From NCBI GenBank assembly GCA_944388995.1, contig CALXKN010000008.1:17160-81159 (forward strand): a DNA stretch of 64,000 bases, in the 5' to 3' direction. Positions 29,701-39,123 of the stretch are shown here, piece after piece. How positions within the stretch are numbered: position 1 is the first letter of the stretch; each line of letters starts with the position of its first letter. The notes below the pieces were generated by a model. That model saw nothing but the letters and a program-made list of their open reading frames with translations, was not told the DNA's origin and searched no databases. The DNA is from an uncultured Spirochaetota bacterium. Lineage in GTDB: Bacteria; Spirochaetota; Spirochaetia; JAFGXN01. A program made the position numbers and the translations under genes.

Positions 29701-30076
29701 CTTCAAATAAATCGAATTTTTCTCTTTTTTCGGGAAATTCGGTAAAAAATTCTTTTTTTAAATCTTCCTGTTCGGTTGTTGTCAAAGCCGCGTTTAACGA
29801 TTTTTCCAATCTTTCAGCCAAATCCGGCTGAACGGTTTCTGTGTAAACGCGGACAATCGTCAGATAAACGGCATTAATCAATCCGATGGCGCTGATTTCC
29901 GCCGGACCGGCAAAAGATGTCTCGGAACGACTGTTTAAAGCAAATGCCAATCTCCGAGCAACCGTTGCCGACTTGATTTTAAGATACGTTTCAGGAGAAA
30001 ACTCAAATTCTGTCAACCGATAGCGGGTAACAGCGTTTTTATTTACGGGAATGAAAGAATCTGCTTTCTTTGCCAT
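26774..30076 (-). CDS. Large GH13 (alpha-amylase family) multi-domain glycoside hydrolase
   Basis: GH13 regions I-IV (DMVPNH, IRFDAAMTLAK, AEAFW, FMNNPDE) embedded in an 1100-aa protein with long N- and C-terminal extensions. Confidence 0.7.
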   Translation of the reverse strand: MAKKADSFIPVNKNAVTRYRLTEFEFSPETYLKIKSATVARRLAFALNSRSETSFAGPAEISAIGLINAVYLTIVRVYTETVQPDLAERLEKSLNAALTTTEQEDLKKEFFTEFPEKREKFDLFEGFFVKSLIIDLNNENPALLRYKPVFDNTKLLQNSLYRKKIKSDAAVFKTSGKLKGLSFDDFLREPFKRFPNSIFDQLAFIAENWADLIPDFLFDLQLALNMLKEDYKLPWSGGEEGSSEIPDYGLGLDEFEAYSEDRDWMPKVIMIAKSTLVWLSQLSQKYEKEIRRLDQIPDAELDILRDRGITALWLIGLWERSAASKRIKQICGNPDAEASAYSLYDYEIAASLGGWPALTRLKERCSKRGIRLSADMVPNHTAIDSRWISIHPDWFLQLPENPYPQYNFNGPDLSGDPNITVQIEDKYYSKEDCAVVFRRYDKNKNENRYIYHGNDGTGLPWNDTAQINFLNTEAKEAVIQVILHVARNFPIIRFDAAMTLAKRHIQRLWFPAPGQGGDIPTRAEHGMLTVDFNKAMPQEFWREVVDRVAAEVPDTLLLAEAFWMMEGYFVRTLGMHRVYNSAFMNMLKKEENAKYRYLIRETLEFDPDILKRYVNFMNNPDEKTAAEQFGKGDKYFGVCLLLATMPGLPMIGHGQIEGFYEKYGMEFSRPQWDEKPDQWLIDRHEREIFPIFRKRYLFSEVVNFRLYNFNDTEGRLNENVFAYSNKCGNENALVVYNNKYESTAGTIKHTVLYKDKADGQMKHTVLADFIGIEETERRYVIFTDFIKSLSYIRSARDLVDNGLFCLLAGYEYQLFTDFHIVEDFDGRYENLRAKLNGSGCEDVAFEAEKLEFEAVSAFFRPFFDKNKANFEKLTAVVLGKKTGKLPQWKFDEKIRKETEKAAEKLKEKERFQTLFTRKERIFSRIGKNCEKLGKIAQTLSDASPSQTEWLASLIGYHEEWTFTAALSLLAGIPETEEFLNGQILFETVFEALNGRSSVKADRSRTFALLSVFARLLCRKDKTLASALKDKKILSFAEVNLYREKYWFRGEKMLDLIAVFAFYRVLSGAAPEKAAKEFFRHLSAFEAAEYRMDLLVQQLTE

Positions 30077-30181
30077 GATGACTCCTTCCAGATTATAGCA
30101 CAGCTTTTAAATTTCGGCTACTTTTTTATTTTTTCTTTTCAAAAGCCATTTTTTATTGTATAGTGATAATGGAGAGAAATC

Positions 30182-31438
30182 ATGAAACAAATTCAAATAG
30201 CCGAAAATACGTGGAAAATCGGCAGTAATTTGGGAAACGAAGAACTTTTTGAAGGAATTTGGCCGACTCCCGACGGAGTTTCCGTCAATTCGTATTTTAT
30301 CCGTGAAGAGAAATCGGTTTTAATTGATATTGTCAAAAAAGACAGCGGATTCATTGACGAATACGAAGAAGAACTGAACGCCGTCGGCGCTTCCCTGAAA
30401 ACCATCGATTATTTGATTGTCAACCATATGGAACCGGATCACACCGGCGCGCTGCTGCAATTAACCCGCTTCAATCCGGAGGTCAGGATATTCTGCACAA
30501 AAAAATCCGTTCCGATGCTCAAAGCGTTTTACGGAATCGAAAAAAACGTGACCGCCGTTTCCGACGGCGAAACTTTGGATTTAGGCAACGGACGGGTTTT
30601 AACCTTTCTGGAAACGCCTAATATTCATTGGCCGGAAACAATGATGACCTACGATTCAAAAAACCAAATTCTGTTTTCCTGCGACGCTTTCGGTTCGTTT
30701 AAAGCGCTTCCGGAGGGAAAAACCTTCGACGATGAAATGACCGGGCAGGAGATGAATGAATTTCAGGCGGAAACGCTGCGTTATTATTCCAACATTGTTT
30801 CGACTTTTACGCCGTTTGTCATTAACGGACTGAAAAAACTCGAGGCTCTGAAGGTTAAAATCATCGCGCCTTCCCACGGAATGGTGTGGAGAAAAAATCC
30901 GCAAACCATTGTTTCCTGGTACCAAAAACTGTGCGACTTTGCTGTCCGCGGCGGCCGGCGTATCACGGTGATTTGGAGCAGCATGTATGGCAATACGGAA
31001 GCGATGTTAAAAACCGTTACCGATACTCTGAACGAAACCGGAATTCCGTATTCAGTCTACCGCATTCCCGACGAACCGAAACTTTCGTATATTTTGGCCG
31101 ACTGTTGGCGTTCGGAAGGCATCATTCTCGGAATGCCGACATACGAATACCGGATGTTTCCGCCGATGGCGCACGTCATCGATTTGCTTGACAGAAGCCA
31201 CATAAAAAACCGGCTGGCGTTCCGTTTCGGTTCGTTCGGTTGGTCCGGAGGCGCCCAAAAACAGCTTGATGAACTGACAGCCAAACTGAACTGGACGTTT
31301 TTGAATCCGGTTGAATTTCAAGGCGCGCCGAAAGAGGAAGACAAGGCTAAAGCTGCCGCTGAAATCCGCGAAATGGCAAACCGGATTAACGCCGGACGCG
31401 GTAATGATTCTCCGCTGAAAGACGGCGCCGTTTTCTGA
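30182..31438 (+). CDS. Flavodiiron protein (metallo-beta-lactamase + flavodoxin; O2/NO reductase)
   Basis: Di-iron site HMEPDH (HxExDH) and C-terminal flavodoxin-like region. Confidence 0.8.
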   Translation: MKQIQIAENTWKIGSNLGNEELFEGIWPTPDGVSVNSYFIREEKSVLIDIVKKDSGFIDEYEEELNAVGASLKTIDYLIVNHMEPDHTGALLQLTRFNPEVRIFCTKKSVPMLKAFYGIEKNVTAVSDGETLDLGNGRVLTFLETPNIHWPETMMTYDSKNQILFSCDAFGSFKALPEGKTFDDEMTGQEMNEFQAETLRYYSNIVSTFTPFVINGLKKLEALKVKIIAPSHGMVWRKNPQTIVSWYQKLCDFAVRGGRRITVIWSSMYGNTEAMLKTVTDTLNETGIPYSVYRIPDEPKLSYILADCWRSEGIILGMPTYEYRMFPPMAHVIDLLDRSHIKNRLAFRFGSFGWSGGAQKQLDELTAKLNWTFLNPVEFQGAPKEEDKAKAAAEIREMANRINAGRGNDSPLKDGAVF

Positions 31439-31439
31439 C

Positions 31440-31492
31440 GCCCGTCCGTAAAAAAAATCCCGCGCCGAAAAAAGCGCCGGGATTTTTTTTAC
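31440..31492. terminator. Bidirectional Rho-independent terminator between convergent genes
   Basis: aaaaaaaatcccgcgcc-gaaaaaa-gcgccgggatttttttt: GC stem flanked by A-run and T-run. Confidence 0.7.
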
Positions 31493-31509
31493 GTTAAAAT
31501 ACCGCGGAA

Positions 31510-32184
31510 TCAGGCGTTGAAATTCTTCTTGTAAATAACCCTTACTTTTTTGTAAAGCCCTTCGCCTTCGCTGATGGTTTCAATATCTTCCCATTCCGCC
31601 AACGTCAAATGAATAATTCTCCGTTCAAACGGATTCATCGGATCCAGTAAATGCGAAGTTTTCGTCCGCCGCACGTGTCTTGCCGTTTTTTCCGCCAAAT
31701 CCTGCAGCGAATGCTCGCGGCGGCCGCGGTAATTTTCGATGTCAACGACGATTTTCAAATCTTCTTTTTTCTTGGAAACAAAAACATTCGCCAATAATTG
31801 AAGCGCGTCCAATGTTGAACCTTTGCGGCCGATTAACAGGTTGGTTTTATCGCTTTCAATATTAATGTGAATTTTGTTTTCTTCCGTTTTGTTGATTTCC
31901 AAAGTCGCCGAAATACCCATTTTTTCAACGATATTTTTCAGAAAATCAACGGTTTCCAGTTCGATTTCCGTAATTTCATACGATTCGGCGGATGATTCCT
32001 CCTCCTCTTCTTCTTTTTCCTCAATCCCGTCGTCAATATAAACCTTGATTTTGACGGGGCCTTTTTTGAAAAAACCTTTTTTTTCTACGACTTCAACGTC
32101 AAAAGCGTCTCTTTCCAATCCGAGCTCGTTGACGGCATTCTGAACGGCTTCTTCTTCTGTTTTTCCTGTAAACTCATATGTCAT
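31510..32184 (-). CDS. jag: Jag/KhpB RNA-binding protein (KH + R3H)
   Basis: Position after yidC. Acidic linker and R3H motif in the C-terminus. Confidence 0.8.
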   Translation of the reverse strand: MTYEFTGKTEEEAVQNAVNELGLERDAFDVEVVEKKGFFKKGPVKIKVYIDDGIEEKEEEEEESSAESYEITEIELETVDFLKNIVEKMGISATLEINKTEENKIHINIESDKTNLLIGRKGSTLDALQLLANVFVSKKKEDLKIVVDIENYRGRREHSLQDLAEKTARHVRRTKTSHLLDPMNPFERRIIHLTLAEWEDIETISEGEGLYKKVRVIYKKNFNA

Positions 32185-32201
32185 ATTTTTCTCCTTAAAA
32201 A

Positions 32202-33974
32202 TTATTTTGCAAACGCTTTTTTCTTTCCGGCAATTTTCTTTCCGCCGGAAGAAGAATTTTTATTCCGGGCATTTTTCTTTACCGCGTTGTAAATCAACTG
32301 CTGAATGACCGACAGAATATTCATGACAATCCAGTAAACAAACAGACCGGACGGCATATTGTAAAGCGTAAAAAAGAAAATAACCGGCAGCAGATACATC
32401 ATGATTTTCATCTGTTTATTGGCCGCCTGTTCCGTTCCGATTTGCATGATTTTCATCGACAAAAGCTGAGTGACAATGAACAAAATCGGCAGAATCCGGA
32501 TACTGTTTTGCGAAAACGCGGTAATTAACGGAATATTCTTTTCCCAAGTATAAACCGAATCGGGCGATGAAAGGTCGGTAATCCACCAAATAAACGGTTC
32601 CTGAAAAAGATCATAATCGGAACGCAGTAAATTGAACAGCGGAATTAAAATCAGCATCTGCAAAATCATCGGCAGACAGCCTTTCATCGGATTGATTTTA
32701 TTATCGCGGTAAAAATTAGCCATTTCGGCCTGCATTTTCTGCGGATTGTTTTTGTATTTATCCTGAATTTCTTTGATTTTCGGTTGGAGTTTCTGCATCG
32801 CCGCCGAAGATTTCATTTGTGACATGGAAAAAGGAACCAAAATCAACTTGATAAAAATCGTCAGAAGAACGATGACCCAACCCCAGTTATGAATGTGAAG
32901 AATATTGTGAAAGAAATTCATCACTCCTTTCAGAGCAACCGAAATGATGCCGCGGCCGGCGCCGGCTTTATCCAGCGACATTCCGCTGTAACCGAATGCG
33001 TTGTCATTGCTGTTGTTGTAAACGGCCAAAAAATGTTTGACGCGCGGACCGATGTAAAACCGGTACGTATCCGTAATTTCGATTTCGTTAAAAGGCTTCC
33101 GTTCAAAGAAAATTTCGCTGAAGACATAACCGTTATCGGAATATTTATCCATAACGATTCTGTGAGTTGTCAGTTTCGGTTCGACGCCGATAGCGGCAAA
33201 ATAACGGCTTTCGATTCCGACCCAATCAACCCGCGTCGTAATCAGAACCCGTTCATAGTCGGAATATTTTCTCAGTTTTTCATCTTTATAGATGATAAAA
33301 TCCCTGTAATTGGCCGAACCGGATTTGTTTTTTTTGGAGGTTTCGACAAACGCCGGACCGATTTGCGGTAAAAATTCCAATGTGTAGGAAGGCTGTTCGT
33401 TGGACAAAAACGGAATTTTCGTTTCCTGACTGAGAATTTCAACGGTCAGTTCAATCATGAACTCACCGTTAAAAATCCTGTATTTCTTGTTCAAAGTGAA
33501 AGGAACGCTGTTTTTATCCGTAAAATCTCGGGTAAAAACAACCGATGTTTCATTTTCCTTCTGTTCAACCGTGTAATCAAAAACGGAATCAATGTCGTTG
33601 CCGCGGTAATTCCCGAATCTCAAATCGAAAGCCTTTTCCGTTCCGTTACCGTGAACCAAATCAATCACTTCCTGAGATTTTTCATTCGGTCTGACAAAAA
33701 TATGGGAAACGGTTCCGCCGACAGGGGAAAACACAATATCGTAGACATCGGTTTTAACCGAAAACTCTTCCTTATCTGCCGCATCCTCTCCGATCGGCAG
33801 AACGGGAACGTTGTTAAATTCAGCGTTTTCCGGCCGCGTATCGGCAACAGCGGATCGGTTTTCGCCGACAGTATTGTTCCGGTTTTCGAACGAACGGTTA
33901 AACCAGAAAATAATCAAAAACGAAACGGTTCCCAAAAAAAGGAAGAACATAAAATTCTTTATAAAATTAACCAC
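32202..33974 (-). CDS. yidC: Membrane protein insertase YidC
   Basis: Periplasmic domain plus conserved C-terminal 5-TM core, and a basic C-tail. Confidence 0.9.
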   Translation of the reverse strand: MVNFIKNFMFFLFLGTVSFLIIFWFNRSFENRNNTVGENRSAVADTRPENAEFNNVPVLPIGEDAADKEEFSVKTDVYDIVFSPVGGTVSHIFVRPNEKSQEVIDLVHGNGTEKAFDLRFGNYRGNDIDSVFDYTVEQKENETSVVFTRDFTDKNSVPFTLNKKYRIFNGEFMIELTVEILSQETKIPFLSNEQPSYTLEFLPQIGPAFVETSKKNKSGSANYRDFIIYKDEKLRKYSDYERVLITTRVDWVGIESRYFAAIGVEPKLTTHRIVMDKYSDNGYVFSEIFFERKPFNEIEITDTYRFYIGPRVKHFLAVYNNSNDNAFGYSGMSLDKAGAGRGIISVALKGVMNFFHNILHIHNWGWVIVLLTIFIKLILVPFSMSQMKSSAAMQKLQPKIKEIQDKYKNNPQKMQAEMANFYRDNKINPMKGCLPMILQMLILIPLFNLLRSDYDLFQEPFIWWITDLSSPDSVYTWEKNIPLITAFSQNSIRILPILFIVTQLLSMKIMQIGTEQAANKQMKIMMYLLPVIFFFTLYNMPSGLFVYWIVMNILSVIQQLIYNAVKKNARNKNSSSGGKKIAGKKKAFAK

Positions 33975-33990
33975 AACATCTCCTTATATC

Positions 33991-34311
33991 TCATTTTAAA
34001 GGATCGTAACCGCCCGGATGAAAAGGGTGACACTTTAAAATTCTTTTGACAGTCAGAAACAAACCTTTAACCGGTCCGTATTTTTTCAGCGCCTGAACCG
34101 CATAAGCGGAACAGGTCGGATAAAACCGGCAGGTCGGCGGAAAAAGAGGAGAGATGCAAATCTGATAGAAACGAATCGGTAAAATCAAAAGAGCCGAAAA
34201 AAACGAACCGGCTTTAACACACAAAAAATTTATTTTTGAGAATTTTATTAAATTGTTTTTCCCGTTCTTCGTATTCATACAGACCCGGATAAACGATAAA
34301 AACAAAATCAA
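33991..34311 (-). CDS. yidD: Membrane protein insertion efficiency factor YidD
   Basis: Motif FYQxxISPxxPxxCRFxPTCSxYA. The true start is probably downstream of the ORF-track start, which overlaps rnpA. Confidence 0.75.
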   Translation of the reverse strand: MILFLSFIRVCMNTKNGKNNLIKFSKINFLCVKAGSFFSALLILPIRFYQICISPLFPPTCRFYPTCSAYAVQALKKYGPVKGLFLTVKRILKCHPFHPGGYDPLK

Positions 34312-34555
34312 ATCCCGTTTTGATTTTTTTCTTGTTTTTTCTGAAAATTTCTTTTAACTGTCTTCTGATTTTGTTTCTTTTGACGGAACACCCGAATTTT
34401 CTGACAGGACAAATTAAAACACGGCTGTAGTTTAAACCGTTTTTCCGATAGCGTAAACTCATCCCTTCCGCAGAAATTTTTTCCGCCTCCGCAAAGAGCG
34501 TTTTTATGTCTTTACGGAGGCGGATAATTTCTTTCTTAGTAAGGCTTTCTCTCAT
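34214..34555 (-). CDS. rnpA: Ribonuclease P protein component
   Basis: 113 aa, basic, RNR-motif region ([11 protein letters not shown]). Confidence 0.85.
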   Translation of the reverse strand: MRESLTKKEIIRLRKDIKTLFAEAEKISAEGMSLRYRKNGLNYSRVLICPVRKFGCSVKRNKIRRQLKEIFRKNKKKIKTGFDFVFIVYPGLYEYEEREKQFNKILKNKFFVC

Positions 34556-34691
34556 CGGAAACGGTTAAATTCTTTCTGCCTTTTTTTCTTCTTCTGGCCA
34601 AAACCAAACGGCCGCCTTTGGTTGCCATTCTCGCTCTGAAACCGAATTTTCTGTTTCTTTTAACCCGACTGGGCTGATAAGTCATTTTCAT
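34536..34691 (-). CDS. rpmH: 50S ribosomal protein L34
   Basis: Not in the ORF track (under 60 aa). Translation is [44 protein letters not shown]…. The 3' end overlaps the rnpA start. Confidence 0.85.
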   Translation of the reverse strand: MKMTYQPSRVKRNRKFGFRARMATKGGRLVLARRRKKGRKNLTVSDERKPY

Positions 34692-34759
34692 CTTCTTTTC
34701 TCCAATTCAGCAATTTATCTTTATATTAAATTAAGACGATTCAGATTGATTGTCCTGTC

Positions 34760-34788
34760 AGTATAAATTTTACATCCAAGATTGTCAA
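34760..34788 (-). promoter_or_regulatory. rpmH operon promoter (TTGACA-17-TATACT)
   Basis: Minus-strand -35 at 34783-34788 and -10 at 34760-34765, about 70 nt upstream of the rpmH ATG. Confidence 0.55.
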
Positions 34789-34793
34789 GGGCT

Positions 34794-35228
34794 TCAATTT
34801 TCCGATATTATTTTTTTGATTTCTTTTATAACGGAATTTAGTTTTTTCTGTTCTTCTTTACTTTTCGGAATCAAGTCGGAGCAGTAGCGGTCTTTAAATA
34901 AATCGGGACGGGAAACATAAAAAATTTCTTTGAGATTTTCACATCCTTTGTTTTTTCTCAAACCGTCAATGATTTTTCCCTCTATGAATTTCATCGTAAT
35001 TTGGAACGATGAATGGGAAACGGCTGCAATCAGTCTGGTTCCGTTTTTATCAAAATATAAAGGATAACTGTTTTCAGCCAAACCGGCGCCAACAATTTCC
35101 TTCCAGTTATGAAAAGGCGATTTTTTTACAATTTTTGATTCTTCCAGTAAAGAAGCGAGTGAAACCGTTTTTATAACTTTTCCGTATTCTTTTAATTTCA
35201 ATTCTTCAAAAAACGGACGACCGTTCAC
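34794..35228 (-). CDS. DUF721-family protein (recF-linked)
   Basis: 144 aa. Conserved position immediately downstream of recF. Confidence 0.6.
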   Translation of the reverse strand: MNGRPFFEELKLKEYGKVIKTVSLASLLEESKIVKKSPFHNWKEIVGAGLAENSYPLYFDKNGTRLIAAVSHSSFQITMKFIEGKIIDGLRKNKGCENLKEIFYVSRPDLFKDRYCSDLIPKSKEEQKKLNSVIKEIKKIISEN

Positions 35229-36291
35229 TGATTTCTCCTCCTTCGACGAATAAAACCGTTGTCTCTTTCTTCATATAATCGCTGTAATTTTCTTCCGGTA
35301 AAAAAGTAAAAAAAATTTGGTCGTAAAAATTCAGTCGTTTTAAAAATCTTTTTCTTTTTTCGCCGTCCACTTCGAGAATTACGTCGTCAAGAAGCAGAAT
35401 CGGTCTGATTCCGGCTTCTTTTAAAAATTCGGTCTGAATCAGCTTCAAAATAAGCGACAGAATGCGTTTTTGTCCTGTCGAAGCGGTTTTTGAAAAGTCT
35501 TTTTTTTCCGAAACAAAAACAAAGTTGTCGCGGTGAGGCCCTTTTGAAGTTGTTAAAAACCGGATATCGTCGTTTCTGGCCCCGCGGATTTCTTTCAGCT
35601 GTTCTTCTTCCGTTTTTCCTTTTAACGAAGAACGGTAAACCAGCTCAATATCTTTTCTTTGGCCTGTGATGTCTTTATAAATTTCCGAAAACATTCCGTT
35701 GATTTTTTTTACCTGTTCTTCCCTGAAACGGAAAACGGAGAATGCCGTTTGAGACAACTGACGGTCGTAAATATCAAGAAGATGGTAGTTTTTTTCTTTC
35801 AGTAAAGTATTCCTTTGGTTTAAAATCAGTTTGTATCTGCGTTTCAAATCGATATATTCGCAGTGATAAAAACAGATAATCTGATCAATGTATTTCCGTC
35901 TCAAATCCGGTTCTCCGGTAATAATGTGAAAATCCTCATGAGAAAACAAGACAACGGGATTAAGACGAATCATCTCCTTTCTGTCTTTTAAAGGATTTCC
36001 GTTCAGTAAAATCTGACGGTTTTTTTCTTCTTTGAAGCGGATTTCGTTGTCTTCGTCTTCTTCAATATTGAATTTTCCGGTTAAAGAACAGCTGTTGGTT
36101 CCGTATTTTTTGAAAATTTGTTCGCTTTTCCGTTTAAAAGAGGAACCGTAAGAGAGAATATACAATGATTCGAGAATGTTTGTTTTTCCCTGTCCGTTAT
36201 TCCCGACAAGAAAAATTTCTCTGGACGGAAAGCGGACGGTTCCGTTCCGGATGTTGCGGAAATTATAAAATGTAACCGATCGGAAACTCAT
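35206..36291 (-). CDS. recF: DNA replication and repair protein RecF
   Basis: Walker A GNNGQGKTN and an ABC-type signature in the C-terminus. Confidence 0.9.
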   Translation of the reverse strand: MSFRSVTFYNFRNIRNGTVRFPSREIFLVGNNGQGKTNILESLYILSYGSSFKRKSEQIFKKYGTNSCSLTGKFNIEEDEDNEIRFKEEKNRQILLNGNPLKDRKEMIRLNPVVLFSHEDFHIITGEPDLRRKYIDQIICFYHCEYIDLKRRYKLILNQRNTLLKEKNYHLLDIYDRQLSQTAFSVFRFREEQVKKINGMFSEIYKDITGQRKDIELVYRSSLKGKTEEEQLKEIRGARNDDIRFLTTSKGPHRDNFVFVSEKKDFSKTASTGQKRILSLILKLIQTEFLKEAGIRPILLLDDVILEVDGEKRKRFLKRLNFYDQIFFTFLPEENYSDYMKKETTVLFVEGGEISERSSVF

Positions 36292-37400
36292 TGAGATGCT
36301 GTCATCGGCATAACGATGTGCAGAAATTTCTCCTGAGGCACGCTGTAAACCGTCACGGCTTTTTCCGGATGAGAAAAACGGATTTCGATGTTTTCGGAAT
36401 CAATGATTTTTAAAGGATCAAGAAGAAACATATAATTCAGTGAAATCGTAACGTTACCGCCGCCGGTATAAACGCACGGAATTTTTCCGAACGCCTTTCC
36501 GAACGTGTTTTCTTTATCGGTTTCGACCGACATTTCATTGTCCGTAATCCGCAAGTTGATTCTGTTGGTCTTATTCTCAATCATAACGGAAATTCTGTTG
36601 ATAACGCTGATCAGCTCGTTTTTATTCACAACGATTGATTTGTCGTCGTCTTTGGGAATGATTCTTTCGTAGTCGGGATAGGAATTATTGATGATAAACG
36701 AATACAGATAAGTGCTGCCGAATTTAAAGACGATTTTTTTATCGCCGATCATAATTTCAAAATCACCATCGTTGCCGGTCAGTCTTTTGAAAAGGGTCAG
36801 CGCTTTTTTCGGAATGATGATGTCTTTAAAGTCGGGAACTTCCGTTTCGGAAGAATCAATAATCGACATCTGTTTCATATCGGTGGAAACCATTCTCAGC
36901 GAAGAGTTTTTTTTGCAGAAGAGAACGCCGGTCAGATAAATTCTGTTTTCGTCGTTGGAAACGGAAAACAGAGTGTGATTAATCATTTTCAGAAATTCTT
37001 TTTGTGAAAATGAAAAAGAAACGACATTCTCATCCATACCGATTTCGGGAAAGGTATCGGAAACAGTCATTTTCAGAGTATAAAAAAGACTGTCGTTGTT
37101 TTTTAAAGATACATTGAAATCCGTATGAACCGATTCAAAAAGAAGTTCTTCATCGGGACAGCTTCTCAGCACTGTTAAAAACTTATCGCAGTAAACGACG
37201 GCCGATCCTTCTTCCAGAACATCGACCTTCAGCGAAGTTTCATAACTGAAATTGGAGTCGGTTGCTTTGATAATCAGTATATTGTCGGCAGCCTGAAGAT
37301 AAACGCTCGACATGAAAGAGGCAAAATTCCTCGAAGAAGCAATTTCGTAAGCGATACCGATTTCTTTTAAAAGAGCTTCTTTTTGACAGGTGAATTTCAT
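36288..37400 (-). CDS. dnaN: DNA polymerase III beta sliding clamp
   Basis: 370 aa. Position between dnaA and recF. Confidence 0.9.
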   Translation of the reverse strand: MKFTCQKEALLKEIGIAYEIASSRNFASFMSSVYLQAADNILIIKATDSNFSYETSLKVDVLEEGSAVVYCDKFLTVLRSCPDEELLFESVHTDFNVSLKNNDSLFYTLKMTVSDTFPEIGMDENVVSFSFSQKEFLKMINHTLFSVSNDENRIYLTGVLFCKKNSSLRMVSTDMKQMSIIDSSETEVPDFKDIIIPKKALTLFKRLTGNDGDFEIMIGDKKIVFKFGSTYLYSFIINNSYPDYERIIPKDDDKSIVVNKNELISVINRISVMIENKTNRINLRITDNEMSVETDKENTFGKAFGKIPCVYTGGGNVTISLNYMFLLDPLKIIDSENIEIRFSHPEKAVTVYSVPQEKFLHIVMPMTASQ

Positions 37401-37646
37401 AAAATTTCTCCTTATAAACAGATAACGATTAATATATTAATATATATTAATTCATTATCTTTATTACACTGTTGATTTGTTGATAATCCTTTTAAATCCT
37501 TTTAACATATAAAATAAGCTGTATAACAGTCTGTCAGTTAAAAGTGTTTTCATGTATGTAAATTGTCAGTTTCTCCTTTTTCTTTTAAAAAGCATATTCA
37601 TATCATATCAAAAAAAACAGAGTTTGCACAGTTTTTATATAAGTTA
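37401..37646. other. Candidate oriC: AT-rich dnaA-dnaN intergenic region with degenerate DnaA boxes
   Basis: 246 bp at about 25% GC in a ~50% GC genome. DnaA-box-like TGTTGATAA (37478-37486) and TTATCAACA (37645-37653). The dnaA-gyrB gap is only 94 bp. Confidence 0.45.
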
Positions 37647-39029
37647 TCAACAGTTTTTCAGACTGTTTTGAATTTCATTGATGTCGGATTTTAAAATGGA
37701 GTCAAACTGAATGCGGTTCGAAATTTTATTTTTTGAATTAATGACTGTTGAGTGATCCTGTCCGAAATACTCTCCGATTTCGGTTGTGGTCAGTTCCGTC
37801 ATTTGAGTTGCGATGTAAACGGCGGCTTGTCTGTGTATGATAATATTTTTTTTTCTGCTTTTTGATTTTATATCGGCGGTCGGAATATTGTAAAAGTCGG
37901 CAACTTTTTTGACAATCAAATCCATGGAAATTTTTGTATTGTTCTGAACTTTGGACATATTTTTATTCTCTTTGATATACTCTTTTGCATCTTCCAAAGT
38001 TCCCGTATCCGAATTAAAATCGATAAAGAAGAGAAAGGATTTTAAAATTCCTTCCAAATCACGGACGTTTCCGAAAATATTTTCCGAAAGATAAAAGTAG
38101 ACCTCCTCTTCCAGTTTTAAATTTTTATGATTGAAGATATTCTCTTTTTTCAGCTGTTCGGTTTTCTGCTTTAAAATTTTGAATTTAACGTCTGCCGTCG
38201 GTTCGGAAATATCAACCGTAATTCCGCTTTTAATCCGCGAAGCCAGTCTGTCGGTAAAATTCGGAAGTTCCGAAATCGGTCTGTCGCAGGTAAAACAAAT
38301 CTGTTTTCCGTTATCTTTCAGTTTATTGAAAAGAATAAAAAGTTCATGCTGAAGACCGTCTTTGCCTTTAAAAAGATGAATGTCGTCAATTAAAAAAGCG
38401 TCGGCATTTTCGAATAAAGAAAAACTTGTGTTGTTTTTTTTATCCATTTTGGATTTTACATTGTCGTAAAGGGCGTCAATTAAATCCTGGGAACTGATAC
38501 AGATGACATTCATTTCCGGATTTTCTTTGAGAATACGGTGGGCAATGGCCTGCATTAAATGGGTTTTTCCCATTCCGACCTGACCTAAAATCAAAAGCGG
38601 GTTACAGGCTTCCGATCCGATGTGTGACGCTGCCAGCAAAGCGATTTTTTTTGCGTGGCTGTTGTTCTGTCCTTCGATAAAAGTTTCGAATGTGTACAGC
38701 GGATTCAATTTACAGAATCTGTTTTCCTTGTTTTGTTTTTCCGGTGTTTCCGACGGGGATTCTTTTTTTGACGGATTCGCTACCGCAACCGGTTCTTCGC
38801 TGATGACGTAGTTTAAGGAAATTTCGTCGTCAAAACTGATGTTCAGATAGTTTTCGATATCGGACTGATAATTTTTTTTGATTTTTGATTCGATGAAAGA
38901 AGGACAGGTGATTGTCAGTGTTTTTCCGTTCAGAGAAAACGAAACATAGTCGAAAAAAGGAGTAAAATTTTTCTTTTTAATCTTTTTCAGATAATCAACC
39001 AAGTCTTCTTTCAACTCATCGTTATTCAT
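37647..39029 (-). CDS. dnaA: Chromosomal replication initiator DnaA
   Basis: AAA+ Walker A GQVGMGKTHL and a C-terminal DnaA-box-binding HTH. Confidence 0.95.
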   Translation of the reverse strand: MNNDELKEDLVDYLKKIKKKNFTPFFDYVSFSLNGKTLTITCPSFIESKIKKNYQSDIENYLNISFDDEISLNYVISEEPVAVANPSKKESPSETPEKQNKENRFCKLNPLYTFETFIEGQNNSHAKKIALLAASHIGSEACNPLLILGQVGMGKTHLMQAIAHRILKENPEMNVICISSQDLIDALYDNVKSKMDKKNNTSFSLFENADAFLIDDIHLFKGKDGLQHELFILFNKLKDNGKQICFTCDRPISELPNFTDRLASRIKSGITVDISEPTADVKFKILKQKTEQLKKENIFNHKNLKLEEEVYFYLSENIFGNVRDLEGILKSFLFFIDFNSDTGTLEDAKEYIKENKNMSKVQNNTKISMDLIVKKVADFYNIPTADIKSKSRKKNIIIHRQAAVYIATQMTELTTTEIGEYFGQDHSTVINSKNKISNRIQFDSILKSDINEIQNSLKNC

Positions 39030-39123
39030 AAATATCCCCTCACCATCATAACACAGGATTTGAAAAAGTCCAAGGAAAAAAAGCGAATGTTTACTTTTTA
39101 TCGGAAAAAATGTATAATGACCT

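Noticed and set aside
39030-39123. dnaA-gyrB intergenic region as oriC
   Set aside because: Only 94 bp, not AT-rich enough and no DnaA-box cluster. The 246-bp dnaA-dnaN spacer is the better candidate.
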